Assembly (NCBI RefSeq): GCF_001598795.1
Contig: NZ_BCZP01000047.1
Location: 1-17,775 of the forward strand
Reading direction: 5' to 3'
Source of the DNA: Delftia acidovorans NBRC 14950
GTDB lineage: Bacteria > Pseudomonadota > Gammaproteobacteria > Burkholderiales > Burkholderiaceae_C
DNA: 17,775 nt
The translations under genes were made by a program, and so were the position numbers. Positions within the stretch are counted from its first letter, which is position 1; each line of letters opens with the position of its first letter. Shown here piece after piece: positions 1 through 7,942 of the stretch. The notes under the pieces were generated by a model. It made no database searches, was not told the DNA's origin, and saw only the letters and a list, made by a program, of their open reading frames with translations.

Positions 1-141
1 GTGCAGCACGTTGGCTGCGATGCGGCCCGTGGAGATGTTCTCCCAGGCCTCGGGCTCGGGCGTGCCCCAGCCGTCTTTGCCTCCCGTCTTGCGCTGGATG
101 TGGATGCGGTCTCGAAGGGTGCCGGCGCGGAGCGTGGTCAT
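1..141 (-). CDS. Head-closure / head-tail adaptor protein (SPP1 gp16-like), N-terminal 47 codons only; runs off the window
   Basis: Not in the ORF track. The minus-strand ATG at 139-141 overlaps the upstream stop as ATGA. Translation is MTTLRAGTLRDRIHIQRKTGGKDGWGTPEPEAWENISTGRIAANVLH, which resembles the opening of head-closure proteins. Position directly after the gp6-like connector gene fits. Confidence 0.65.
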   Translation of the reverse strand, partial: MTTLRAGTLRDRIHIQRKTGGKDGWGTPEPEAWENISTGRIAANVLH

Positions 142-479
142 AGGCCCTGCACCTTTCGATGAGGCCGCAGCAGATCGCGCGAGCCGTTGGGCATGGCGAA
201 GGACTGCGCCCCCACCACCACATCCTCACGATTGGCGAAGAGGTGTCCGCAGATCAGCAGCATCGCCGCTTTCACCGAGTAGGTGGCCACCATCGGCAGC
301 TCACCGGCCTCGCCCGCAGCCACCGCAGCGTCAAGCTCGGCCTGGTCGGCGTACACCTTGCGGCCCAGGTACTCCTGGGCGGCGTCGATGGCAGCACCGA
401 GGTACAGCTCGACCATCGCGGCGTCCTCCGGGTCAGCCCGGCAGTGGTCGATGGCCGTCTCGATGGTCAAGATGGGCAT
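138..479 (-). CDS. gp6-like head-tail connector / DNA-packaging protein
   Basis: ORF 138..527 trimmed to the internal ATG at 479. MPILTIETAIDHCRADPEDAAMVELYLGAAIDAAQEYLGRK is the typical opening of gp6-like connector proteins. The trimmed start lies 1 nt after the stop of the preceding small ORF. Confidence 0.7.
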   Translation of the reverse strand: MPILTIETAIDHCRADPEDAAMVELYLGAAIDAAQEYLGRKVYADQAELDAAVAAGEAGELPMVATYSVKAAMLLICGHLFANREDVVVGAQSFAMPNGSRDLLRPHRKVQGL

Positions 480-480
480 G

Positions 481-645
481 CTACGACTTCGCCTTATCTG
501 TACCAGCGGTGGCCTTCTTTTGCTCAACCGCGCCCAGCTCGATCGCGGCAGCTTCGAGTTCGGCCGGGATCTCCTCTCCCGCCTCGAATACGGTGGGATA
601 GATTTCTCCGTCCTTCACGCCTTTGAATTGCCTGGTTGCCTTCAT
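481..645 (-). CDS. Small hypothetical head-module protein (54 aa)
   Basis: Below the ORF-track cutoff. The ATG at 643-645 is preceded by AGGAGA. Translation is MKATRQFKGVKDGEIYPTVFEAGEEIPAELEAAAIELGAVEQKKATAGTDKAKS. Third-position G/C is high, and the ORF exactly fills the capsid-connector gap. Confidence 0.5.
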   Translation of the reverse strand: MKATRQFKGVKDGEIYPTVFEAGEEIPAELEAAAIELGAVEQKKATAGTDKAKS

Positions 646-664
646 CGTCTTCTCCTGAAATGGA

Positions 665-684
665 GAAAGGGCCGAAGCCCCTTC
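665..684 (-). terminator. Stem-loop with UUCG tetraloop just after the capsid gene stop (attenuator or RNA-stability element)
   Basis: The minus strand reads GAAGGGGC-TTCG-GCCCTTTC. That is an 8-bp stem including one G-U pair. It lies 5 nt downstream of the capsid TAA (689-691). Only a weak T tract follows. Confidence 0.4.
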
Positions 685-688
685 TTGG

Positions 689-1930
689 TTACGCCGACAC
701 CTTCATTGCACGCAGGCACTCGGGGTTCTGCACGCCGCCGCCCACGCGCTTGGTCGTGTAGAAAAGCACGTAGGGCTTCTTGGTGTAGGGATCACGCAGC
801 ACGCGCACCCCCATGCGGTCGATGATCAGGTAGCCGCGCTTGAAGTCTCCGAACAGGATCGGCACGGCATTGGCTGCCACATCAGGCATGTTCTCGTCTT
901 CGGCAAGGCCGTATCCGTAAAACGTTGCCGGTTGACCAGCCTGCGCAGACGGTTGCCACAGGTAATTGCCCTGGCCGTCCTTGAGCTTGCGCAGCTTCGC
1001 GATGGTCAGGTTGTTGGTCAGGAAACGCGCGTTTTGGCGGTACTTCTTGGGCAGGGCATAGATCAGGTCCAGCGCGGCATCGGAGCTGATGTCGGCCGCA
1101 GCGCCGCTGTTGGTGACCTTGATCGCGCCAAAGGGATGCTTGGTCGCATTGGCGCCACCGGTGACGTAGGTCAGGATACCGGCAGGCTTCTTCACGCCAT
1201 CGCCACTGATGAAAGCCAGGCCTTCCTGCTCTGCGAACTCTGCCTGTACTTCGCTGGCAAGCCATGCCTCAATGTTGATCTCGCTATCGTCCAGAATCTG
1301 CTGGGTCGCAGCCGGGTTGGCATAGATCTCGCCATGCCCAAAGCCAAGGGCGGCCAGCACCGGAGTGGCCGTCTCGGGCCGCTGGTCGGTCTCGCCAACC
1401 CAGCCGGAGCCCGTGCCACCCATGTTGAACAGCTTGGTCCAACCAGCCTTGCTGGTGGGCTGCACCTGGGCCAGCTCGCGCATGGGCGACTCGTCCCGCA
1501 GCTTGTCGGTGATGGTGCGATCCCACTCGACCGGGGTCAGGTAGCCGCCTTCTTCAGCCGTACCCTTGTTGAGGCTTGCCTGCACGTCGCCCTTGCGCAT
1601 GTGCGCATCGAAGGAGGCGCTGTACTCCTTATCGCGCAGAGCAACGCCAGGCGCGCCCATCTGAGCTGCGGCGATCTTGGTGTGCGCGTCTTCGCTTTCA
1701 CGCTGAAGCTTGTCGAGCGCTGCATTGATCTGCGCCAGCTTTGCCTCCTGATCGGCGCCAGACTTGCCGGCCTTGATCTCCTCCAACTGCTTGGTGTGCT
1801 CTGCCCGGAAAGTGGCGAACGTCTGCTGCAGGCCATCAATCAACGCCTTGACTTCGGCGTTGCTGGGTGCCTCGGCACGAACGGACATGATGCCGCGGGG
1901 AACGGGACGTGCGGTGTGTTGCTTTGCCAT
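689..1930 (-). CDS. Major capsid protein, HK97 family
   Basis: 413-aa ORF. It has an N-terminal coiled-coil delta-like region (AEVKALIDGLQQTFATFRAEHTKQLEEIKAG) followed by an HK97-like body (GGYLTPVEWDRTI, GNYLWQPS). It lies directly downstream of the prohead protease and portal genes. AAGGG lies 7 nt before the ATG. Confidence 0.9.
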   Translation of the reverse strand: MAKQHTARPVPRGIMSVRAEAPSNAEVKALIDGLQQTFATFRAEHTKQLEEIKAGKSGADQEAKLAQINAALDKLQRESEDAHTKIAAAQMGAPGVALRDKEYSASFDAHMRKGDVQASLNKGTAEEGGYLTPVEWDRTITDKLRDESPMRELAQVQPTSKAGWTKLFNMGGTGSGWVGETDQRPETATPVLAALGFGHGEIYANPAATQQILDDSEINIEAWLASEVQAEFAEQEGLAFISGDGVKKPAGILTYVTGGANATKHPFGAIKVTNSGAAADISSDAALDLIYALPKKYRQNARFLTNNLTIAKLRKLKDGQGNYLWQPSAQAGQPATFYGYGLAEDENMPDVAANAVPILFGDFKRGYLIIDRMGVRVLRDPYTKKPYVLFYTTKRVGGGVQNPECLRAMKVSA

Positions 1931-1956
1931 GGTGTGGCCCTTTCAGAAATGACAAA

Positions 1957-1973
1957 GCCGCCTCAAGGGCGGC
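1957..1973 (-). terminator. Hairpin between the protease and capsid genes
   Basis: gccgcc (1957-1962) pairs with ggcggc (1968-1973) around a 5-nt loop. On the minus strand it is followed by TTTGTCATTT. Confidence 0.4.
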
Positions 1974-1998
1974 CGATTGGGTTGGTGGTTGCTGTGGT

Positions 1999-2844
1999 CT
2001 ACACGCGCATCGTGTCCAGCAGCGATTGCAGCGAGGCTGCGACTTCAAGGCCAGCGCGCGGCGTGGCCTCAGGATCGGCAGCGCCCGGCGTGCCGTTGGA
2101 AAACAGGGCTTTGAACGCATCTCTGCGCGCATTGCGGGAGTAGCCGGCCTTGGCCATGGAGGCCTCGATCAGCGCCAGCGGCTTGCGCGCGCCAGATGCT
2201 TGGGCCGTGCGGGTGATCTCCGAACTGGGCAGCAGGCCAGTGGCAAAGCCGTCATCGACAGCCTGCTGGGCGCCGATCCAGGTTTCGCGATCCATCAGCA
2301 TCGCGGCCTCGGCCTCGGTGATCCCGGAGCGATGGGCGTACAGCGCAGCCATCGCGGCATCGAACGGCGCCAGCACGGCGGCTGTGTCGGTCATGTCGTG
2401 GCGGTTTCCGACGGCCACGGCCCAGGCGTTGTGGATCATCAGGAACGAGCCATCACCCATCAGGATCTCGTCGCCGGCCATGGCGATCACCGAAGCCACC
2501 GAGGCGGCCACGCCCAGCACGCGGATGGTCACCTTTGCCTTGTGCTCGCGAAGCAGGTTGTAGATGGCCATGCCCTCGAAGAAGTCGCCGCCCGGGGAGT
2601 TGAGGTTGACCGTCACGTCGCGCGCACCGATGTTGCGCAGTGCGGCGCCGATGCGCTTGGCCGTGACGCCCGTGCCCTCCCAGTTCTCCCCGATGGAGTC
2701 GTAGATGGAGATGCTCGTTTCCGCGTCGCTGGCCGAGGCTCGCACCTCGGGCTCCCAGCGGTCCACAGCATCGGGCCGCAGATCGAATCCAGCCTTGGAC
2801 AGCCGGTGATCCGCGCGGATCTCAGGTAGTTGCTTGAGGCTCAT
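1999..2844 (-). CDS. Prohead maturation protease, ClpP/S49-like serine protease
   Basis: ORF 1999..3060 trimmed to the ATG at 2842-2844 (MSLKQLPEIR). The core reads VNLNSPGGDFFEGMAIYNLL...VLGVAASVASVIAMAGDEILMGDGSFLMIHNAW. It overlaps the portal 3' end by 23 nt. Confidence 0.85.
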   Translation of the reverse strand: MSLKQLPEIRADHRLSKAGFDLRPDAVDRWEPEVRASASDAETSISIYDSIGENWEGTGVTAKRIGAALRNIGARDVTVNLNSPGGDFFEGMAIYNLLREHKAKVTIRVLGVAASVASVIAMAGDEILMGDGSFLMIHNAWAVAVGNRHDMTDTAAVLAPFDAAMAALYAHRSGITEAEAAMLMDRETWIGAQQAVDDGFATGLLPSSEITRTAQASGARKPLALIEASMAKAGYSRNARRDAFKALFSNGTPGAADPEATPRAGLEVAASLQSLLDTMRV

Positions 2845-4063
2845 TGCTTGCTTTCTTCCCCGAGGGGTCGCCCAGGGTGTTGAACTTCGGGTTCGGGTCT
2901 GCCGGGTACTCAGCCAGGTCGCGGACCTCGTTGGCCGTGTGCCATGGCTGGTGGCCACCGGCGCCCAGCGCCTTGGCGAAGTAGTCCGCCTGGTCCTTGA
3001 GCGTGCCGCGCAGCAGCGCGCGCTCGTTGAACTTGAAGTAGTAGTGCCCCCGCTCCGCATCCGTCAGCAGCGAGCGCTCCAGGGCCTGCTCCCAGGCCGT
3101 GAAGCGCGGCGTCATCGTGAACTGCACGAAGAAGATGGCCAGTTGCTCGATGCCGGAGCCCCAACTGGTGTCATCCATCATCAGCAGCGGGCGGGGCACG
3201 CCGTACAGGCGGGCCACCTCCTCGATCTGGTGGTTTCGACTCTCCAGCTGCTGGCCGTCCTTGGCCGTCGAGGTGAAGGGATTGGCCTTGGCCCCCTCCT
3301 CCGCGATCATCCATTTGTTGACGTTCTCGGAGCCGCTCAGCCCCTGGTCCAGCGAGGCCCGCATGCGGTTGTACGCCTGGTCTGAGAGAGCATTCGGCGT
3401 CTCGATAGCGCCCCCAGCCATCACGCCGGTCTTGAAGATGTTGCCGGCCGCGCGCTGCGCCTGCTCAGCCAACTCGAAAACCTCGGTGGACAGCTGCCGC
3501 TTGGATAGACCCAGAATGCCGTCGAAGGAAAGTTCGCGCACATGCAAGATCTCCTCCTGGTCCAGCGTGATCTGACCGCCGTTCTCCGTCGTGCAGCGGT
3601 ACTGCATGCGCCAGTTGCTGCCCAGCTTCGCGTCCACCTTGCCCTTTTCGAAGGGGATCAGGTGGATCGGGCGGCCAGCGGCGCGGATGATGCGCGCGTA
3701 TGCGTTGCCCTCGGTCTCCAGCAGCAGCTGCATCTGGCTCTTGAACTCCATCGGCGTCTGCCAGGGGTTCGGCTTGTAGCGCAGCAGCTTGTGCGCCGGG
3801 TGATCCTTGGCAACCTCCTTGTCGTCGCCGGCTCGGTAAAGGCTGGTGGGCAGCATGCCCAGGCCATTGCCGATCAGCGAGAGACAGCGCAGCGCCGAGG
3901 TGTTGCGCAGCATCCGGTTTGATGCACCCATCTGGCCATTGCGGATGAACTCCAGCAGCGCCGGGTCGTCCAGGCCCTGGAAGGTGATTCCTTCCGCACT
4001 GGCTCGCGGGCGCGACTGAGCCTCCGGCCCATCTCGCCGGAACAGCTTGTCGAATATCTTCAT
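2822..4063 (-). CDS. Portal protein, HK97 family
   Basis: 413 aa, located between TerL and the protease. Portal-like stretches include NPWQTPMEF, LLETEGNAYA and FFVQFTMTPRFTAWEQ. Confidence 0.85.
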   Translation of the reverse strand: MKIFDKLFRRDGPEAQSRPRASAEGITFQGLDDPALLEFIRNGQMGASNRMLRNTSALRCLSLIGNGLGMLPTSLYRAGDDKEVAKDHPAHKLLRYKPNPWQTPMEFKSQMQLLLETEGNAYARIIRAAGRPIHLIPFEKGKVDAKLGSNWRMQYRCTTENGGQITLDQEEILHVRELSFDGILGLSKRQLSTEVFELAEQAQRAAGNIFKTGVMAGGAIETPNALSDQAYNRMRASLDQGLSGSENVNKWMIAEEGAKANPFTSTAKDGQQLESRNHQIEEVARLYGVPRPLLMMDDTSWGSGIEQLAIFFVQFTMTPRFTAWEQALERSLLTDAERGHYYFKFNERALLRGTLKDQADYFAKALGAGGHQPWHTANEVRDLAEYPADPNPKFNTLGDPSGKKASNEPQATT

Positions 4064-4074
4064 GTGGTCGTGCC

Positions 4075-5784
4075 CTATAGAAAGCGCATTCCGCGCGTCT
4101 CGTAGACGGATGGCCCTTTGGCCTGCGGGTTGGTCGCCATGAGCGTGACAGCGTTGAGGGAGGCCATCAGCGGATCGATCTTCCCTGTGCCGCTGGCCTG
4201 CTTCGTGATCAGCGAGGCATTGCCCGAGGGCACCACCTTAGCATTGCCCACACACCAGGCCATGAGAGGCTGTGCCGCGTGGGTAAGACTCCCATCCTCC
4301 AGGCCCCGCTCCGCGACAGCCATGGCGCCGGTGAGCTTCCAACCCTGCGAGATGCCGATGATCATTTCCTCCGGTATCCCGGCATCAATGAGCGCCTGGT
4401 ACACCACCTTGTGCGTGCGCTCCGGGTCCAGGCCTATACGCGCCAGCAGGCCGGCGTCGTAGATCTCCTTGCAGATCGCCGCAAGCTCCTCCAGATCCTG
4501 CCCCGGGCGCTCCACCACGACCAGGTCGCCGTCGCGCTCGAAGTCTCGGTATCTCGGCTCCTCCGACTTACGCCGTTCGATGCCAATGGGGTGGATCCAT
4601 GCCTTGTTCCAGAGCGCGCAGCGAGTCACGCCTCGGTGACGCCCCTCGACAGCTAGGCCCAGCAAGTCATCCAGCCCGCCACCGTCGATCCCGACCACAA
4701 CGACCTCGCACTCGCGCAGGATGTATTCGAGCGAAATGCGGCGGTTCCCACGAAGCTCCCAAAACTCGGCGCCGGCCCAGCTGTTGGAACGCTGCTTCAG
4801 GCCGACCTCAACGTTGCCGTACTTGGCCAGCATGCCTTTGAGCGACTCCTTGCCCTCCTGCTGCGCCTTGCGAAACTCGCGCTCCAAGAATGGCCGGTCC
4901 ACCGAGTACCCCAGATTGGGGTTCACCATGGCCAGGTTCTCCAGGAGCATGCAGCCCTCGTTCTTCACCAGCTCTGGCGGGTGCTCGAACAGTATGGGCA
5001 GGAACTCGGGATCAATGATGGTGCCGTCGCGCACACCCCTCGCGTACTCCAGCTTCTCCTTGAAAACGCCCGCAGGTTCCTCGTCGCTCTGGGTGGTGAT
5101 GTAAAGGATGAAACCTTCGGGACGCGCAGCCAACCCGCCGCCAGCCTCTCGCAGCATGTCCTTTGCCTTGGCGATCTTTCCGAACAGCCAAAGCTCCTCC
5201 ACCAGCAGCACTGCAGACTTCTTGCCGGAAACGGTATTCGTGTCCGCCGCGATTACCTTCAGTTTCGCGCCCATGCTGCGATGGGTCAGGATCCGCTGGC
5301 TGTCCTGCACATGGATCAGTTCCGCCAACTCGCTGTAGGGCTCCTCATCCTCTTCCTCGCTCTCTTCGAGGTACTGCACCATGTCTTTGGCCGGAGTAAA
5401 GCTGTTGTCAGCCACTTCCTTTGTTGGCGCCAGGATGGTGAACTCGGCCGACCGGCGCCAATTGCGCACCAAGCAGGTGAGCATGATGGATGCAGCCAAC
5501 CCGGACTTGAAGTTCTTCTTCGGCAGCATCACGAACCATTCCTTGATGAGCCTGCGGCCACTCTGGGCGTCGTAGGCTCCGAAGATGGATCCAGCCAGAT
5601 CAAAGATCCACTGTCCGCAGGCGTCAGCCATGCGTGGGCTTCCCGGGGCGTCCACGATGCGCAGATCCCGCATCACGGCCAGACCCGCCTCGGCCTCCTC
5701 AGGAAAGATCGGCGGCGGGATGATCGAGCGCCCCTCCCGGATCCGCTCAGCCCAGTCAACGCATGCGGTAGACCATTCAGGCAT
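4075..5784 (-). CDS. terL: Terminase large subunit
   Basis: 569 aa. It has a P-loop-like segment LPKKNFKSGLAA and a Walker-B-like segment AVLLVEELW, with a nuclease-type C-terminal half. AGGAGGT precedes the ATG. It follows TerS and precedes the portal gene. Confidence 0.9.
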   Translation of the reverse strand: MPEWSTACVDWAERIREGRSIIPPPIFPEEAEAGLAVMRDLRIVDAPGSPRMADACGQWIFDLAGSIFGAYDAQSGRRLIKEWFVMLPKKNFKSGLAASIMLTCLVRNWRRSAEFTILAPTKEVADNSFTPAKDMVQYLEESEEEDEEPYSELAELIHVQDSQRILTHRSMGAKLKVIAADTNTVSGKKSAVLLVEELWLFGKIAKAKDMLREAGGGLAARPEGFILYITTQSDEEPAGVFKEKLEYARGVRDGTIIDPEFLPILFEHPPELVKNEGCMLLENLAMVNPNLGYSVDRPFLEREFRKAQQEGKESLKGMLAKYGNVEVGLKQRSNSWAGAEFWELRGNRRISLEYILRECEVVVVGIDGGGLDDLLGLAVEGRHRGVTRCALWNKAWIHPIGIERRKSEEPRYRDFERDGDLVVVERPGQDLEELAAICKEIYDAGLLARIGLDPERTHKVVYQALIDAGIPEEMIIGISQGWKLTGAMAVAERGLEDGSLTHAAQPLMAWCVGNAKVVPSGNASLITKQASGTGKIDPLMASLNAVTLMATNPQAKGPSVYETRGMRFL

Positions 5785-5794
5785 CCGGCACCTC

Positions 5795-6091
5795 CTACTG
5801 CAGGTTCGGCGGTGTGGCCGACGCGTACTTTCCGCTCTTTGCCCGGGTAGCGGCAGCGCCAGCGCGCGCAGCCTTCTTGCCCCCGTTCTCGCCGCGGCGA
5901 ACCTCGGCCGACAGCAGAGCTTTCGCCGCGTCGATCCGCAGCTTGGCCTCCGTGCCGCTGTCGTTCATCACCGCCTTCAGGAACTTGGCGGGCTCATCGT
6001 AGGTGACGCTCAGGTTCAGGTATGCGGGCTCTTTCGGTGGACGGCCGGCGCCCGGACGCGCGCCGCCGCTGCGCCCTTTGACTCCGGACAT
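5795..6091 (-). CDS. terS: Terminase small subunit
   Basis: ORF 5795..6412 trimmed to the ATG at 6089-6091, with GGAG 6 nt upstream. MSGVKGRSGGARPGAGRPPK...LRIDAAKALL is a typical small-terminase opening. It lies immediately upstream of terL. Confidence 0.75.
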   Translation of the reverse strand: MSGVKGRSGGARPGAGRPPKEPAYLNLSVTYDEPAKFLKAVMNDSGTEAKLRIDAAKALLSAEVRRGENGGKKAARAGAAATRAKSGKYASATPPNLQ

Positions 6092-6336
6092 AGCAACTCC
6101 ATTTGAATTATTTGAATAGGGGGAAATTTCTTGCGCGTGCGGAACAGGGCGGTCTAGAGGCCGAAAGCCTGGGAACTTTGCATAGCCCCCTCTCGTCCCA
6201 TCACATTGCCGATGGCCCTGGCACGCGCATAGAAGCCCTGTACAGGGCAAATGCCAGTCGGCTGACGTGCGACGGTATGCCCGCCCTACGCCTGTCCAGA
6301 GCCATCTATCATCAACACCGACCAGAAGGAACACCG

Positions 6337-6618
6337 ATGCAATACGCAATCTTCGACACAGGCCCGGGTTTCCTACAGTGGATGGGCGAAGCCGCTGATC
6401 CCGCTTCTGCAATCAAAGCGCTGCACGAGGAAGCCAAAGAGTTCGGCGCGGATGATCAAGACCCGAGAGAAGCATTCATCGTCATCTACGAGCTGCAAGA
6501 TCAAGAGGTCGCGAAGCTGGACGAGCTGCTCACGAAGGGTGAGCACATCTATCAGGACTTCGAAGACGAAGGCCAAGAGTTCACATTGGCAGAGGTTCGC
6601 AAGATCGCGGGGCTATAA
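6337..6618 (+). CDS. Small, strongly acidic hypothetical protein (93 aa), oriented opposite to the late operon
   Basis: ORF 6103..6618 trimmed to the ATG at 6337, preceded by AAGGA 7 nt upstream. It begins MQYAIFDTGPGFLQW. By my count it has 22 Asp+Glu against 7 Lys+Arg. Its TAA (6616-6618) abuts the HNH gene's TAG (6613-6615). Confidence 0.65.
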   Translation: MQYAIFDTGPGFLQWMGEAADPASAIKALHEEAKEFGADDQDPREAFIVIYELQDQEVAKLDELLTKGEHIYQDFEDEGQEFTLAEVRKIAGL

Positions 6619-6951
6619 GCCTCGGCGCGCTTCCTCGCGCTGCTTGTCTCGGGAATGGTGGGTGGCGCACAGCGGATCCCAATTGCTGTGATCCCAGAAC
6701 AGGGTCTGATCGCCTCGATGTGGCAACCGGTGATCGACCACCGTCGCGGCTTCCACCCTGCCCTCTGCCTGGCAGCGGATGCACAGGGGATGGGAGCGCA
6801 GGAAGCCCTCGCGGGCCTTCTGCCACTTGTAGCCGTAGCCGCGCTGTGCTGCCGTCTGATCGCTGGTGCGCCAGCTGCCGGCCTGCATCGTCTGCACGCG
6901 GCGGGTGTCCAGCACGGGCAGCGTACTCTTCAATGTCTGGAGCTTTGACAA
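6613..6951 (-). CDS. HNH endonuclease, terminase-associated type
   Basis: CIRCQAEGRVEAATVVDHRLPHRGDQTLFWDHSNWDPLCATHHSRDK shows the CxxC...DH...N...CxxHH pattern. The start as drawn is TTG and is uncertain. Confidence 0.85.
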   Translation of the reverse strand: MSKLQTLKSTLPVLDTRRVQTMQAGSWRTSDQTAAQRGYGYKWQKAREGFLRSHPLCIRCQAEGRVEAATVVDHRLPHRGDQTLFWDHSNWDPLCATHHSRDKQREEARRGL

Positions 6952-7028
6952 AGGATGCCGCCTGCCTATGGCCGCCAGTTAAGATGCATCTTTAAACCTA
7001 CTGGGATAAATTTTTGAACAATGAACGT

Positions 7029-7253
7029 ATGGATGTGCTCGCCGGTGAACTGAGCGCGCTGGCCACTGTCGTGGTGCGGCTGATTGAGACCATCACACCT
7101 GAGCAAGCGGCCCACGCTCATGAGGCGCTTCTGATTGACCGAGACGCCATCCGCATCGGAACTTCTACCGGTGGCCCAGAGTTGGAGCTCGCGACAACCG
7201 AACGCGCTCTTGACAACTACCTTTCCCTGCTCATTGACGTAGCAGAGAGCTGA
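7029..7253 (+). CDS. Hypothetical small helical protein (74 aa from the ATG; the track used a TTG at 7014)
   Basis: Codon third positions are biased to G/C in this frame, and a 7-bp hairpin follows the stop. There is no clear Shine-Dalgarno sequence. No family was recognised. Confidence 0.45.
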   Translation: MDVLAGELSALATVVVRLIETITPEQAAHAHEALLIDRDAIRIGTSTGGPELELATTERALDNYLSLLIDVAES

Positions 7254-7442
7254 GCGATTCGGCGGCGAGTGCCGTTGCACACTCGCAAGCCTCGCATACC
7301 CCATGCTATCCATGCTTTGCATGGATACGTCTGGTGGCGGCGGAAACGAGAAAGCCACCCGAAGGTGGCGCAACCACTGTGCGAACATGTGTACTCCCCC
7401 GGTCTGGGATGAGTCACTTAACGTTCTCTATAGACTGGTCCG

Positions 7443-7811
7443 ATGACCGAGCCATTCGACCACGCCGATACAAACGCCATCCGGCTGCGGCTACGCAGCT
7501 ACGAGGAGCGTTGCACGCTACTGTTGCGCGCAATCGGCGACAACAAAACGGTCACAGCACGGGTCGAACAGATCAGGGACCAATACATCGCGCTCAAAAG
7601 AGATCTCAAGGCCGATGCCGCTGCCACGCGTAGCGCCGGGAAGGACCCAGCTTGCGCAGTTGCTGAATTTTTTTCCCCTGCAGTTAATGAGGCCGCTCTG
7701 CACCTGAAGCCAACCTCCGGCTCTCATCCGATAGCGGGAAATTGGTTGTCTGCGGTGTATGACGCGCGGGTTGATATCTGCCACTATCTTGCGCAGCTTG
7801 ACCGCAACTGA
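7443..7811 (+). CDS. Hypothetical protein (122 aa)
   Basis: Clean ORF with coding-like composition. TATAGA lies 8 nt upstream of the ATG, so the mRNA may have a very short leader. The gene is convergent with the 7943..8266 gene, with hairpins in between. No family was recognised. Confidence 0.5.
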   Translation: MTEPFDHADTNAIRLRLRSYEERCTLLLRAIGDNKTVTARVEQIRDQYIALKRDLKADAAATRSAGKDPACAVAEFFSPAVNEAALHLKPTSGSHPIAGNWLSAVYDARVDICHYLAQLDRN

Positions 7812-7837
7812 CCAAGTAGCGCCAGCGGGATCACTGC

Positions 7838-7870
7838 AAAAAAAACCTACCAAGGCAAGCCAGGGTAGGT
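7838..7870 (-). terminator. Intrinsic terminator for the minus-strand gene 7943..8266
   Basis: acctacc (7845-7851) pairs with ggtaggt (7864-7870). The A8 run at 7838-7845 gives a U tract on the minus-strand RNA. Confidence 0.65.
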
Positions 7871-7872
7871 AA

Positions 7873-7892
7873 CTGCTGGACGGATCCAGCAG
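7873..7892. terminator. Perfect 8-bp hairpin between convergent genes
   Basis: ctgctgga (7873-7880) pairs with tccagcag (7885-7892) around the loop cgga. There is no U tract on either strand. Confidence 0.45.
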
Positions 7893-7942
7893 GGGAGGGA
7901 TACGAAGCGTATCAAGAAGAATTTAAGGCAGGTAGGACGCCT

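Noticed and set aside
932-5850. Long plus-strand ORFs opposite the head/packaging genes, for example 932..2143, 1909..2829, 2834..3385 and 4981..5850
   Set aside because: These are mirror-frame ORFs typical of high-GC DNA. They are Arg/Gly/Ala/Leu-rich with no RBS, and each lies fully antisense to a gene with clear family motifs.
6169-6183. Sigma-54-like motif ctGGgaactttGCat
   Set aside because: The spacing between GG and GC is 8-9 nt, not the roughly 12 nt of TGGCAC-N5-TTGC. No activator gene is nearby.
6236-6247. CCCTGTACAGGG considered as a LexA box
   Set aside because: The CTGT and ACAG halves are adjacent, not separated by 8 nt. I kept it only as a palindrome in the cos-candidate region.
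5795-6412. Upstream extensions of real genes in the ORF track: 5795..6412, 1999..3060, 12656..13468, 16761..17657, 14517..15083, 9251..9574 and 10106..10477
   Set aside because: The N-terminal extensions have junk composition. Internal ATGs with good RBS or ATGA coupling give products of the expected family size, so the starts were trimmed.
6966-7388. 140-aa minus-strand ORF in the cargo island
   Set aside because: It is antisense to the better-looking 7029..7253 ORF. It runs through three hairpins, and its composition is odd (PPPP, many Ser/Arg).
7518-7853. 111-aa minus-strand ORF
   Set aside because: It would start inside the terminator hairpin region, it is antisense to 7443..7811, and it has no RBS.
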